Source: Squalus acanthias
Taxonomy: Eukaryota
Direction of reading: 5' to 3'
NCBI GenBank assembly: GCA_030390025.1
Contig: CM059432.1
Span: forward strand, 50,284,001-50,348,000
Length of the DNA stretch: 64,000 bases
Position numbers and translations under genes: made by a program. Below the pieces are notes generated by a model. That model was not told the origin of the DNA, ran no database searches, and was given only the letters and a program-made list of their open reading frames with translations. Below are positions 51,401 through 62,276 of the stretch, piece after piece. Within the stretch, counting starts at the first letter, position 1; every line of letters starts with the position of its first letter.

Positions 51401-54029
51401 TTAAGTTGCACCAGTGCACCCATCTGGCTCCCAGATGCTGTACCAACTTTCCCCTACCCCCCACCAACACCACAAAGCAGTCCTAAAATGACTAAACCAT
51501 TCCTGTCAAACACACACCCATTACTCGAGGTTAAGTAATGTCTCACCATTCACTTCAACTGACAAGGCCACTTCCCAGGTAGCAGGCAAAAATTGACAAG
51601 ACGGGAAAGTGGTGCAAATAAATAAATTTATGTGTGTCATAAATAGAACTGAAACTTAACACTAACATTTTGGCATACACCCATGTGCATTCCCTTATGC
51701 ATCTAGGATTGTGTCTTTTTTTTCTTTTCTGCGTGCTTCTATGAGGTACAACCCCTGTAGCTTCAGCAGAGGAAGAGGCAGGCTGCTCACTTCCCTGTTG
51801 TGACTGCTTCGACACTTTTGGCGGATGTCCTCTGGGTTAGGAGCCTGTGAGGGTCCCGCGAAAGACTGCTCCTCCTGCAACTGTGCAGGGGCAGACTCTA
51901 GCATCGGGATCCGAGGCAGCATGTGGGGCTCTGACTGATGGGGAGGCAACGGGGGTGAAGTGGGAGCGCTTTGAGCAGGGGCCCAATACCATGTGCCCTT
52001 TCACCATTATCCCTCTTCTGGGCCACCTGCACTTCCCTGCTAGCAAGGAGCTGGAGAGCACCTTGCTGCTCATCAGTTGGATAATGAACACCCAAGTCTA
52101 CGTTACTATCCCTTCTAGAAATGAGTTCAATAAGAGTCTACAATCTGTTGTCCACAGCAGGCATGTTCTCGTTTGACTGGCGCATTAGCTGCTCCATGCA
52201 GGTGGCCATCCTTTCCATGGACCAGCATGGTGCTGCTCATGCTGGAGATGGACTCCTCCATTCTCTGTACAATCACGCACATCGCGGCTGGAAAAGCTTC
52301 CAGAGCCTCGCGCATTTGTTACTGCTCCTCCAAGATCACCCTCTTTGACGATGACCCCTGAGGTTCAGCATCTGCACCCAGCTGAGCAGAGCTTGGAGCA
52401 TCCTGCGCCCTCCGGCGAGGACTCTCCACTGCTGTCCCTGTCTCCACCATCTGCTCTTGCTCACTTGTGATGTGTGAGACACCAGGTGACAACACTACTC
52501 TATGTCTCACAGGACCCACTGACGTGTGTGTATCTGCGCTGGTGCTGGGTGCGCATGGTTCTGGTGACGGTGCACCCTCAGAGAATGGAGTTTCCTCTGA
52601 GGAGACATCTTCCTCCCCTGGCTGGACAATGCTGGGGGTGGGGGTGGGGGGCGGCGGGGGGGACTTGATGGACCTGTGGGAGAGTAAAGACATGAATTAG
52701 AAGTCTTATGATAAGAATGTGCAACGTTACCATTATGCACATCATGATATTTCACTGGCTGCTGACATCAGTCACCATGAGTGACTGTTGTATGCCATGA
52801 GGGATATTTAATTCTGTCACCAGGTTGCTGGTCTTATTTCCGTCTCCCACCACTAGCGGCTCTGTCACTCCACTTATTTCAAGCGCATCCTCCTCTGCTG
52901 GCGTCAAATTAGTATATATTGGAGGGCCACCTCCAGTTCGTTCTCATTCTCTCCTGTTCTGCGCTCTCTTCTCCTGCAAGGAGGGAAAGAAGAGAACTTT
53001 GAGTGAGAGTGATGGAATGAGTGTAAAGGATGGATGGGCTACATCTGTAGAGGGTGATTATGAGGGAGTGGCATGACATTGCCAAATGGCCTCCTTCTGT
53101 GACATTACTTTCGAGTATTGCATTAGGCTGAGGGTGAGTGTCAGTGGTGGTTAGTCAGATGGAGATGTAAGTAGGTGCATGGATGGAGAGGGATGGGTGC
53201 ACCTGCAAGGTAGGCTTGGGAAGGTAGAGTGATGGGGTTGGAGGCGACACACATGTCAAGATGTAGTTGAATGTGACATTGTACTCACCTTTCCTGACCT
53301 CATGAGATCATTAAATCACTTGCGGCACTGTATCCAAGAGCGGCTCACTACACCCCTGCTGCTCACTTCTTGTGCGATTTCCAGTCATGCCCTCTTGGTT
53401 TCAGTGGCTGGTCTCTTCCTGCTACTACCAGGGAATAGAAACATAGAAAAATAGGATCAGGAGTAGGCCATTCGGCCCTTCGAGCCTGCTCCGCCATTCA
53501 ATATGATCATGGCTGATCCTCTATCTCAATACCATATTCCCGCTCTCTCCCCATACCCCTTGATGCCTTTTGTGTCTAGAAATCTATCTATCTCCTTCTT
53601 AAATATATTCAGTGACTTGGCCTCCACAGCTGTCTGTGGTAGAGAATTCCACAGGTTCACCAGCCTTTGATTGAAGAAATTTCTCCTCATCTCAGTCCTA
53701 AATGTCCTACCCCGTATCCTGAGACTGTGACCCCTCGTTCTAGACCCCCTAGCCGGGGGAAACATCCTCCCTGCATTCAGTCTGTCTAGCCCTGTCAGAA
53801 TTTTATACGTTTCAATGAGATCCCATCTCATTCTTCTAAACTCTATGTGTCTTTTTCTGTGGTCGACATTTATGCACCACTCGTTCTGAGAGAGAGAGAG
53901 AGATTCGGAGAGAGAGAGAGAGAGACTTCTACATTGACTCAACGCTTTGTGAGGTAGTTTTGCCTAGTTCATCCTAACTTTGCTGCTACTTTCGTTGCTG
54001 TACCTCATTACTTTTCTGGCAAAGAGAAT

Positions 54030-55190
54030 ATGGGGGCTGCAATGATTGGGGGCGTCGTCCTGCTCCAGCTCAATCGGAGGATAGTGAGACGCAGACAGAG
54101 AGTGGCAATGATGGCCAGACGGAGGAGGGCCATTAGGCGCATGTACAGGAGAGCTTACCCTCCCAGGGTATATCGTGAACAGCTCTCCTACATCCACATG
54201 TCCGAGGAGCTGTGTTTGCGAAGGCTGCGATTCAGCAAGGAGGTGGTCACTGAGCTCTGCCACCTGCTGCAGCCAGATCTGCAGCCTCAGCTGAGGTCCA
54301 GGACGTCTCTGTCGGTGGCAGTGAAGGTCACAGTGGCTTTGAACTTCTACGCCACTGGCTCATTCCAAGCTGCTGTTGGGGACCTCGCCAATATCTCCCA
54401 GTTTGCGGTGCATCGCTGCATCCGGCAGGTCACCAATGCCCTCTTCACAAGGAGACGAGACTTCATCTCCTTCCCTATGACCCCAGACAAGCAGCATGAC
54501 CGTGCTATGGGCTTTGCGAGGGTAGCGGGCTTCCCCATGGTGCACGGCGCCATTGACTGCACGCATGTGGCTTTGCGTGCTCCGCGAGAGAATGCAGAGG
54601 AGTTCCGGAACAGAAAGGGGTTCCATTCCTTGAATGTGCAGTTGGTCTGTGACCGCAGACAGGTGATTCTCGCTGTCAATGCCCACTATCCGGGCAGCTG
54701 CCACGATGCTTTCATCCTGCGCCAGAGTACTGTGGCAGAAATTTTCGAGGCACCGCATCAGCCAGTTGGTTGGCTTCTGGGGGACAAGGGGTACGCATTG
54801 AGCACCTGGCTGATGACACCGCTCCGTGCGCCAAACACCCCTGCTGAGCTGCGGTACCAGGAAAGCCAACAAGCAACCAGGAACATTATTGAGCTCACAA
54901 TCGGCGTGCTCAAACAACGATTCCGCTGTCTGGACCATTCCGGAGGAGCCCTGCAGTACTCGCCTGAGAAAGTTTCCAAATTCGTAGTGGTGTGCTGCAT
55001 GTTGCACAACATGGCAATCCTCAGGACGCAGCCAATGCCACCAGGCCTTGCAGCACCACAAGAGGAGGAGGAGGAAGAGGAGGAACAGGCCGAGGACGAT
55101 GATCAGCAGCAGCACCAAGGCAGGAGGGCGGCCCACAATGGTCAAACTGCAAGGGCCGTCCGTCAACGACTAATAGCAAGCCGCTTCTAG
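54030..55190 (+). CDS. Intact HARBI1-like PIF/Harbinger DDE transposase, 386 aa, intronless
   Basis: Uninterrupted ORF; HTH region (ALNFYATGSFQAAVGDLANISQFAVHRCI); catalytic triad GAIDCTH / GDKGY / [13 protein letters not shown]. Confidence 0.95.
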   Translation: MGAAMIGGVVLLQLNRRIVRRRQRVAMMARRRRAIRRMYRRAYPPRVYREQLSYIHMSEELCLRRLRFSKEVVTELCHLLQPDLQPQLRSRTSLSVAVKVTVALNFYATGSFQAAVGDLANISQFAVHRCIRQVTNALFTRRRDFISFPMTPDKQHDRAMGFARVAGFPMVHGAIDCTHVALRAPRENAEEFRNRKGFHSLNVQLVCDRRQVILAVNAHYPGSCHDAFILRQSTVAEIFEAPHQPVGWLLGDKGYALSTWLMTPLRAPNTPAELRYQESQQATRNIIELTIGVLKQRFRCLDHSGGALQYSPEKVSKFVVVCCMLHNMAILRTQPMPPGLAAPQEEEEEEEEQAEDDDQQQHQGRRAAHNGQTARAVRQRLIASRF

Positions 55191-55484
55191 GGCCCCTGCC
55201 ATTGCTACAAACACGAATCAACCCAGCACGCAACCCCTAAGCCGGCCAAGGCACCAATAATTCCAACCACCAGCCATGTATATTTTGAATACAGAAACTT
55301 ATTTATTGTACAAACTCTGTGTGTGTCAATTCCTCATGACAAACTCATAGAAATAAACACAAAAAAACAGTCAATAACATAACTGGTTCTCACAACCTGG
55401 AGATAATGTCCAAAACACTAAACAAAAGTTGGGCCATGAACCTCGGCCTTTAATAAAAAAATGACCAGCATTTTGGCACACCTC

Positions 55485-57481
55485 CTACTTTTTGCCCTTC
55501 GAGGGTGATCTCCTTCCCTTGCGCACTTCCCCCCTTCTAACCCTACTGCTCCTCCGTAATGGGACCTCAGTGGCTGCAGCAAGGCTGGTGGAAGGCTGCT
55601 GCTTGTCAGATCCTGACACTGCAGATGCCCCTGAAGGACGGCCTCGACCACTTCTGGGCCTGGAGGGCCCGGCTGCAGACTGCACCAACTCTGCATGGGC
55701 GGCAGCAGTCTGTCCTACAGGCGGTGGCAAGTGCAGTGGAGAAGTGACAGTGTTGGCAGCAGGAATGCTGTCATCGTGAGAGAGGACAGCAACTCCCTGC
55801 TCGCCCGACACACTGGCACTCCCACGGGGCAGCACTTCAGCATCCGGAGCAATTTGCCGGAGAACAGATTGCTGGCCTGCTGCGGCGCGGTGACAGCCCC
55901 GGGGACATGTGCACGAACCATCGAGGATGGCAGCAGTCAGTGCTCGCGTGGCCTCAATCTGAGTCTGCATGAGAGCAGTCTCAGATGGGTTCCTGGCAGC
56001 CAGTGACTGAATTGCAGCACTAAGCTTTAGTGTGGCATCCGCCTGTGCTACAGCGAAGTGCTCCACACTCCTTGCCAGTGCCTCAATGCATTCGGGCACC
56101 CTTCCCACTGCACCCATGAGCTCAGTGTGCATGCCCACCGCCTGGCTGTTCATTTCTGCAATCAGCCGCTCCTCCTCTGCGTCCATTGCATTAGGAGTGT
56201 CTGGCATACTCTCCCTCTGGGGAGAAGGCTCCCGTTCTTCCCTCCCCCCCCCATGGCGTTGCTGCAGCCCGCTGGGTCCTGGAGCTTCACCATCATCAGC
56301 CCCTTCCCCCCTGCTCCCCCGTTCTTCCCTCCCCCCCCAATGGCGTTGCTGCAGCCCGCTGGGTCCTGGAGCTTCACCATCATCAGCCCCTTCCCCCCTG
56401 CTCCCCCGTTCTTCCCTCCCCCCCCAATGGCGTTGCTGCAGCCCGCTGGGTCCTGGAGCTTCACCATCATCAGCCCCTTCCCCCCTGCTCCCCTCCGGGG
56501 AAGGCGTGTTCCCAGTGTGGCCATGGGCTTCCTCGGGAGAGGGTGGCACTGATGCTCCGGCTTCCTCTTCCTCCTCAGCTGCAGCATCACTCCCAGTGGC
56601 AGCTTCAGGGACCATCTCCTCAGCTGGTGAATCACCATCTGAAAGCAGGGAGGTACAAGAGTGGCTTTAGCGTGAGGACAGGGTGGCAGTAAGGGAGGAA
56701 TAAGTGCAGCGAGTTAGCAAGTTGGATTGAAAGTGTCAAAGGCTGGTATTGTGAGGGACAAGTGGAAGGACAGAGGACAAAAAGGTGATGACCTTACCAT
56801 TGCTGTCCACAACGGGGTCGGCGTCCCCAGTGGCGACGGGACCGATCACCCGGCTTGCCACAATCCTGTGGACGTGCTCCTCCAGATCGCTGAGGGGTTG
56901 CAGCTGAAGCCGCCCTCCACCCGTCCGTTGCTGCTGTCTCCGATTATGAGCCAGCTTAGCCTGCAAGAAAAAGGACAGCATCTGAGTCAATATACAGCCA
57001 TGGTCTTGCCTGATGTGCCTCCCATAGGTGAATAGCCCTTACAATATGCAGCCATGGTCTTGCCTGATGTGCCTCCCATAGGTGAATAGCCCTTACTGTA
57101 TGCAAAGTGTGGAATGTGTGTGTGTGTTTGATGAAAGGGCCATAGGTGTTGCATGAGTGTTGTGCATTGGGGTTTTAAGACCCTCTGGCCATATAGTGAG
57201 GTTGAGATGGAGGGATGGAGAGGTATTGAGAAAAAGCCACTCACCCTGACGACCCGAGTGAGGTCGTTGAATTTTTTGCGGCACTGAACATGGGTCCTGG
57301 GCACCATGCTCCTGGAGGAGACGCTCTGAGCCACCTCCCTCCACACTCTTCTGAACTCGCGTGGCAAAGGCCTCCTGCCACTCTCCGGGAACAGCATGCA
57401 TCGTCTGCGCTCCACTGCGCCAACCAGAGCATCCAAGGCCCGCTCGGTGAAGCGATGAGCGCGTTCTCTCACCCTCTCCAT
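55485..57481 (-). CDS. Intact Harbinger Myb/SANT-like (MSANTD-type) protein, 517 aa; exons 57481-57245, 56960-56798, 56638-55485
   Basis: GT/AG introns in phases 0 and 1 splice into one open frame; RFTERALDALV...W...QCRKKFNDL domain; basic C-terminal tail. Confidence 0.9.
56231..56493 (-). repeat. 3 x 87-bp in-frame tandem repeat (GSRGEGADDGEAPGPSGLQQRHWGGREER)
   Basis: ctgctcccc recurs at 56311, 56398, 56485. Confidence 0.95.
56988..57096. repeat. 2 x 54-bp tandem duplication in Myb intron 1
   Basis: gccatggtcttgcctgatgtgcctcccataggtgaatagccc at 56997 and 57051. Confidence 0.95.
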
Positions 57482-58020
57482 GCTTGGCAGCAAAATGGAT
57501 TACAGGTCTCTCCAGGCTGAGATTCAAGGCTGCAATGAGCAGGGTGTGGCTGGGGAGCAAGTGCCCCCCCCCCGCTTTAAGAAGTGTCCGGCGCCAGTGT
57601 GTCTGTGTTCCCTCGCTAACTGGCAGCAGCTGCGCTGCGCTCGTGCGCTGAGGTAGCGCCTCACTCCTAGGCCTTTGCGCCTTAAGAGAGGTGTGCAGCG
57701 CCTAATTTAGCGCTCCACTCACCTCCCGGGGCGGTAAAAGTGAAGTTTCCTGTCAGTGCCGATAATTAGCGCCAGGCGCTAATATTTGCGCGCGGACGAT
57801 ATTTGCGCCCCAAATGGGGCGCGACCTAATTTCTACCCCTATGAATACAGGCCTAGTCGACCCAATCTCTCCTCATATGACAGTCCTGCCATCCCAGGAA
57901 TCAGTCTGATGAACCTTCGCTGCACTCCCTCTATGGCAAGTATATCCTTTCCTAGGTAAGGAGACCAATACTGCACACAGTACTCCAGGTGTGGTCTCAC
58001 CAAGGCCCTGTATAACTGTA

Positions 58021-58119
58021 ATAAAAACAGAAAATGCTGGAAATACTCAGCAGGTCAGGCAGCATCTATGGGGAGAGAAACAGAGTTAACGTTTCAGGTC
58101 GATGACCCTTCGTCAGAAC
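58021..58119 (-). mobile_element. Penelope-type terminal repeat fragment inserted in CR1 ORF2
   Basis: Non-CR1 ~100-bp segment; CCTGTATAAC duplicated at 58007-58016 and 58119-58128. Confidence 0.75.
58085..58119 (-). ncRNA. Minimal type I hammerhead ribozyme motif
   Basis: GUU-CUGACGA-A-GGGUC(AUC)GACCU-GAAAC-GUU-AAC; palindromic AACGUU stem III. Confidence 0.7.
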
Positions 58120-60680
58120 CTGTATAACATCCTTGCTCCTGTTACAAATCCTCTTGCAATGAAGGCCAACATACCATTTGCCTTCCTAACTGCTTGCTGC
58201 ACCTGCATGTTTGCTTTCAGTGACTGGTGTACAAGGACACCCAGGTCCCTTTGTACATCAACATTTTCCAATCTATCACCATTTAAATAATACTCTGCCT
58301 TTCTGTTTATCCTACCGAAGTGGATACCTTCACATTTATCCACGTTATACTGCATCTGCCATGTATTTGCCCATTCACTCAACTTGTCTAAATCGTCTTG
58401 AAGCCTCTTTGCATCCTCCTCACAACTCACAATCCCACCTAGTTTCGTGCCATCAGCAAACTTGGAAATATTAAATTTGGTTCTCTCATCCAAATCATTG
58501 ATATATATTGTGAATAGCTGGGGCCCAAGCACTGATCCCTGCGGTACCCCACTAGTCACCGCCTGCCACCCCAAAAAAGACCCATTTGTTCCTACTCTCT
58601 GTTTCCTGTCTGTTAACCAATTTTCAATCCATGCCAGTATATTACCCCCAATCCCATGTGCTTTAATTTTGCACACTAACCTCTTATGTGGGACTTTATC
58701 AAGGGCCTTCTGAAAATCCAAATACACTACATCCACTGGTTCTCCCTTGTCTATTCTCCCAGTTACATCCTCAAAAAACTCCAGTAGGTTTGTCAAACAT
58801 GATTTCCCTTTCATAAATCCATGTTGACTTTGTCTAATCCCGTTGATATTTTCTAAGTGTCCTGTTATCACATCCTTTATAATAGACTCTAGCATTTTCC
58901 CTACTATTGATGTTAGGCTAACCGGGCTGTAGTTCCCTGTTTTCTCTCTCCCTCCTTTTTTAAATAGTGGGGTTACATTTGCCACCCTCCAATCTGCAGG
59001 AACTGTTCCATAATCTATAGAATTTTGGAAGATGACAACCAATGCATCCACTGTTTCCATGGCTACCTCTTTTAGTACTCTGGAATGCAGATTATCAGGC
59101 CCTGGGGATTTATCGGCTTTCAGTCCCATTAATTTCTCCAGCACTATTTTTTTACTAATACTAATTTCCTTCAATTCCTCCCTCTCACTCGACCCTTGGT
59201 TCCCTAGCATTTCTGGGGATTTATTTGTGTCCTCTTCCATGAAGACAGAACCAAAGTATTTGTTTAATTGCTCAGCCATTTCCTTGTTCCCCATTATAAA
59301 TTCTCCCGTTTCTGACTGTAAGGGACCTACATTTGTCTTCACTACTCTTTTTCTTTTTACATACTTGTAGAAGCTTTTACAGTCCCCTTTTATGCTCCTT
59401 GCAAGTTTACTCTCATACTCAATTTTTCCCCTTTTAATCAATCTCATGGTCCTTTTTTGCTGAACTCTAAACTGTTCCCAATCCTCAGGCTTGCTACTTT
59501 TTCTTGCAACTTTATACGACTCCCCTTTGGATCTAATACTATCCTTAATTTCTTTTGTTAGCCATGGTTGGGCCGCTTTTCCTTTTGTGGTTTTGTGCCA
59601 GAAAGGAATGTATAACTGTTGCAATTCATGCATTCGTTCCTTAAATGTTAGCCATTGCCTATCCACCATCATGCCTTTTAATGAATCTCCCCAATCTATC
59701 ATAGCCAACTCACTCCTCATACCTTCTTGGTTTCCTTTGTTTAGATTTAGGATCCTAGTTTTGGATTGGACTTCTTCACTTTCCATCTTAATGAAGAATT
59801 CTATCATGTTATGGTTACTCTTCCCTAAAGGACCCCACACAAGATTATTAATTAACCCCTTCTCATTGCACAATACCCAATCTAGGATAGTCTGTTCCCT
59901 AGTTGGCTTCTCAACGTACTGGTCTATAAAACCATCTCGTACACATTCCAGGAATTCATCCTCCACAGTATTATTGCTAATTTGGTTTGGCCAGTCTATA
60001 TGTAGATTAAAGTCACCCATGATTGCTGTAGTACCCTTGTTACATGCATCTCTAATTTCATGTTTGATGCCATCTCCTACATTACCACTACTGTTTGGAG
60101 GCCTATAGACAACTCCCACCAATGTTTTCTGCCCCTTGGTGCTTCTTAGCTCCACCCAGACTGATTCTACATCTTTATTTTCTGAGCCAATATCCTTTCT
60201 CACTATTGCTCTGATTTCATCCTTTACTAACAACGCCACCCCACCTCCATTTCATTTTTGCCTGTCCTTCCTAAATATCGAATATCCTTGGATATTCCGC
60301 TCCCAACCTTGGTCACCCTACAGTCATGTCTCCGTAATCACAATTATATTGTATCCGTTTACATCTATTTGTGCTGTTAATTCGTCTACCTTATTATGAA
60401 TGCTTCGTGCATTCAGATACAGTGCCTTTAGATTTGTCTTTTTAACATTTTTAGACATCTTAACATTTTTTTGTACTATGGCCCTATTTGTCTTATTACC
60501 AATTTTTCTAACCCTATTTGTTAGTGCACTCCTTTGTTTGTACGCCATGTCCCTTCCTGACACAATCTGGTTATCCTTACCCCAATCACTTTCCTGCACT
60601 GCTTCCTTGTCTTTTCTCTTTAGCATTCTAGATTTCTCTCCACCGGGACCACCCCCGCCGCCCCCCCCCCCCCCCCCCAC
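58113..60680 (-). pseudogene. CR1 ORF2 (APE endonuclease plus reverse transcriptase); C-terminal parts at 57843-58016 and 53526-53843
   Basis: YLNARSI, VYRPPNS, MGDFN, YLDFQKALDKVPH, GVPQGSVLGP; catalytic FADD reads FADG; stop and frameshift in the APE region. Confidence 0.92.
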
Positions 60681-60694
60681 CCCCCACCACCTTA

Positions 60695-61646
60695 TTTAGT
60701 TTAAAGCCCTATCTACCTCCCTAGTTTTTCGATTCGCTAGAACTCCGGTCCCAGCATGGTTCAGGTGTAGTCCGTCCCAACGGAACAGCTCTCTCTTTCC
60801 CCAGTACTGGTGCCAGTTCCCCATAATTGAAACCCACTTCTCCCACACCAATCTTTGAGCCACACATTCATCTCCTTGATCCTGTTGAGCCTATGCCAAT
60901 TTGCTCGTGGCTCCAATAATGATCCAGAGATTATGACCTTTGTAGTTCTGCTTTTTAATTTAATCCCTAGCTGCTCAAACTCTCTCAGCAGAACCTCTTT
61001 CTTTCTCCTACCTATGTCGTTGGTACCTACGTGAACCACAACAACTGGATCCTCCCCCTCCTACTCCAAGTTCTTCTCCAGCCCGGAGGAGATGTCCTTT
61101 ACCCTGGCACCGGGTAGGCAACATAGCCTTCGGGACTCACGCTCCTGGCTGCAAAGAACAGTGTCTATCCCCCTAACTATACTGTCGCCTACTACAACCA
61201 CCTTCCTTTTTATTCCCCCCACTTGAACGGCTTCCTGTACCATGGTTCCGTGGTCAGTTTGCTCATTCTCCCCGCAGTCCCCGCATTTGTCCACAAGGGT
61301 TGCAAGAACCTTGAATCTATTGGACAAGTGCAGGGACTGAGGCTCCTGTATTACTACCTCCTGGATCCCCGTACCTGCCTCACTCAGTCACACCCTCCTG
61401 TCCCTGACCACGTGTCAATTCTAAAGTATTTAATCTAAGGGGTGTGGCTGCCTCCTGGAGCAAAAGGTCCAGGTAACTTTCTCCCTCCCTGATGTCTTGC
61501 AATGTCTGCAGCTCGGACTCCAGCTCCTCAACTCGGAGCCGAAGTTCCTCGAGCCGCAGACACTTACCGCAGATGTAGTCACCCTGGACAAAAATGTCCA
61601 CAAGCTCCCACATATTGCAGCAGCAACACATCTCCTGTTCTCCCAT
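60695..61646 (-). pseudogene. CR1 ORF1 (zinc finger/leucine zipper plus SGNH esterase) with in-frame stops
   Basis: CCCCNMWE...CGKC, LEELRLRVEELESEL, LSNRF, VGDSIVRG, HVGTND. Confidence 0.88.
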
Positions 61647-62235
61647 TATTTTATTTATTTAATTAATTCGATTAGTGTTAATCAAATTATTTACCTCGTA
61701 ATTAAGTTTAGTTTTTAAAATTTAGTTATATGCTATATGTTAACTTAAAACTTAGTCCACAGTCCTTACCAATCACTTACCTGCCTTACCTGTGACATCA
61801 CACTGCCGTTTTCTCTTGTTGATGCCGGTCTGCTGATACTTTTATCCCCGCTCTCGAGCCTCAGTCTGCTCCTGCTCAGGTCTGCCACCGCTCTGTGGGA
61901 GAAGTTAGGAAAAGTAAGCACCTCCCTCCCCCACTTCACCGAACTCCCACATTTACCAAACTCTCAGTTGTTCACTCTGTGCCAAGCTGCAATCCGTGAC
62001 AAACTGCACTCCAGCCTCCCTTATTTATACTGCGGAGGACCTCCCTCCGTGCTCTGAATCCCTGGACCAGGACTTCCAGGGAGGCATCCGAGAACCTGGT
62101 CGCAGCCTTCTGGCACTGTGACTCCATCCTTCCTTGCACCCTCACAAAAGTTTTCGCTAGATAAGAATTAGCCATCTCTCCCAACCCCCTGTAAGCCTCC
62201 TCCAACAACCTTCAACTGTGATGTGTGCAAGGCTC

Positions 62236-62276
62236 CTTTAAATATCTGAGCAGAAAACGAGTCATCGGTGACGTCA
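62236..62276 (-). promoter_or_regulatory. Putative promoter of the copy D Myb gene (CRE plus TATA-like)
   Basis: TGACGTCA 62269-62276, TATTTAAA about 62243-62236, about 110 bp upstream of ATG 62127. Confidence 0.4.

Larger units (their letters stand above)
53847..57839. mobile_element. Harbinger copy C: both genes intact, right TIR present, left TIR absent
   Basis: Right end AATTTCTACCCC (57828-57839); TAT at both junctions (53844-53846, 57840-57842). Confidence 0.9.
53436..62034 (-). mobile_element. Full-length CR1 LINE (5'UTR, ORF1, ORF2, 3' tail), interrupted twice
   Basis: ORF1 and ORF2 motifs; tail cctatttttctatgtttcta; CR1 sequence rejoins across 53846/57843. Confidence 0.92.
51696..62127 (-). 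pseudogene. Myb/SANT-like gene of copy D: exon 1 62127-62035 plus 53435-53289, exon 2 from 52973, exon 3 from 52673
   Basis: MESQCQKAATRFSDASLEVLVQGFRARREVL|FPGSSRKRP...SWIQCRK*FNDLMRSGK-gtgagt; exon 2 EKRAQNRRE*ERTGGG; multiple stops. Confidence 0.85.

Noticed and set aside
54030..55190. Orthologue of the host gene HARBI1
   Set aside because: It lies inside a TE nest with a TIR and TSD and has decayed paralogues nearby, so it is transposon-borne; no gene symbol assigned
56231..56493. CRISPR-like array
   Set aside because: Head-to-tail identical units without unique spacers, inside a eukaryotic exon
60651..60690. Poly-C tract as a functional element
   Set aside because: Simple-sequence expansion at the CR1 ORF1/ORF2 boundary
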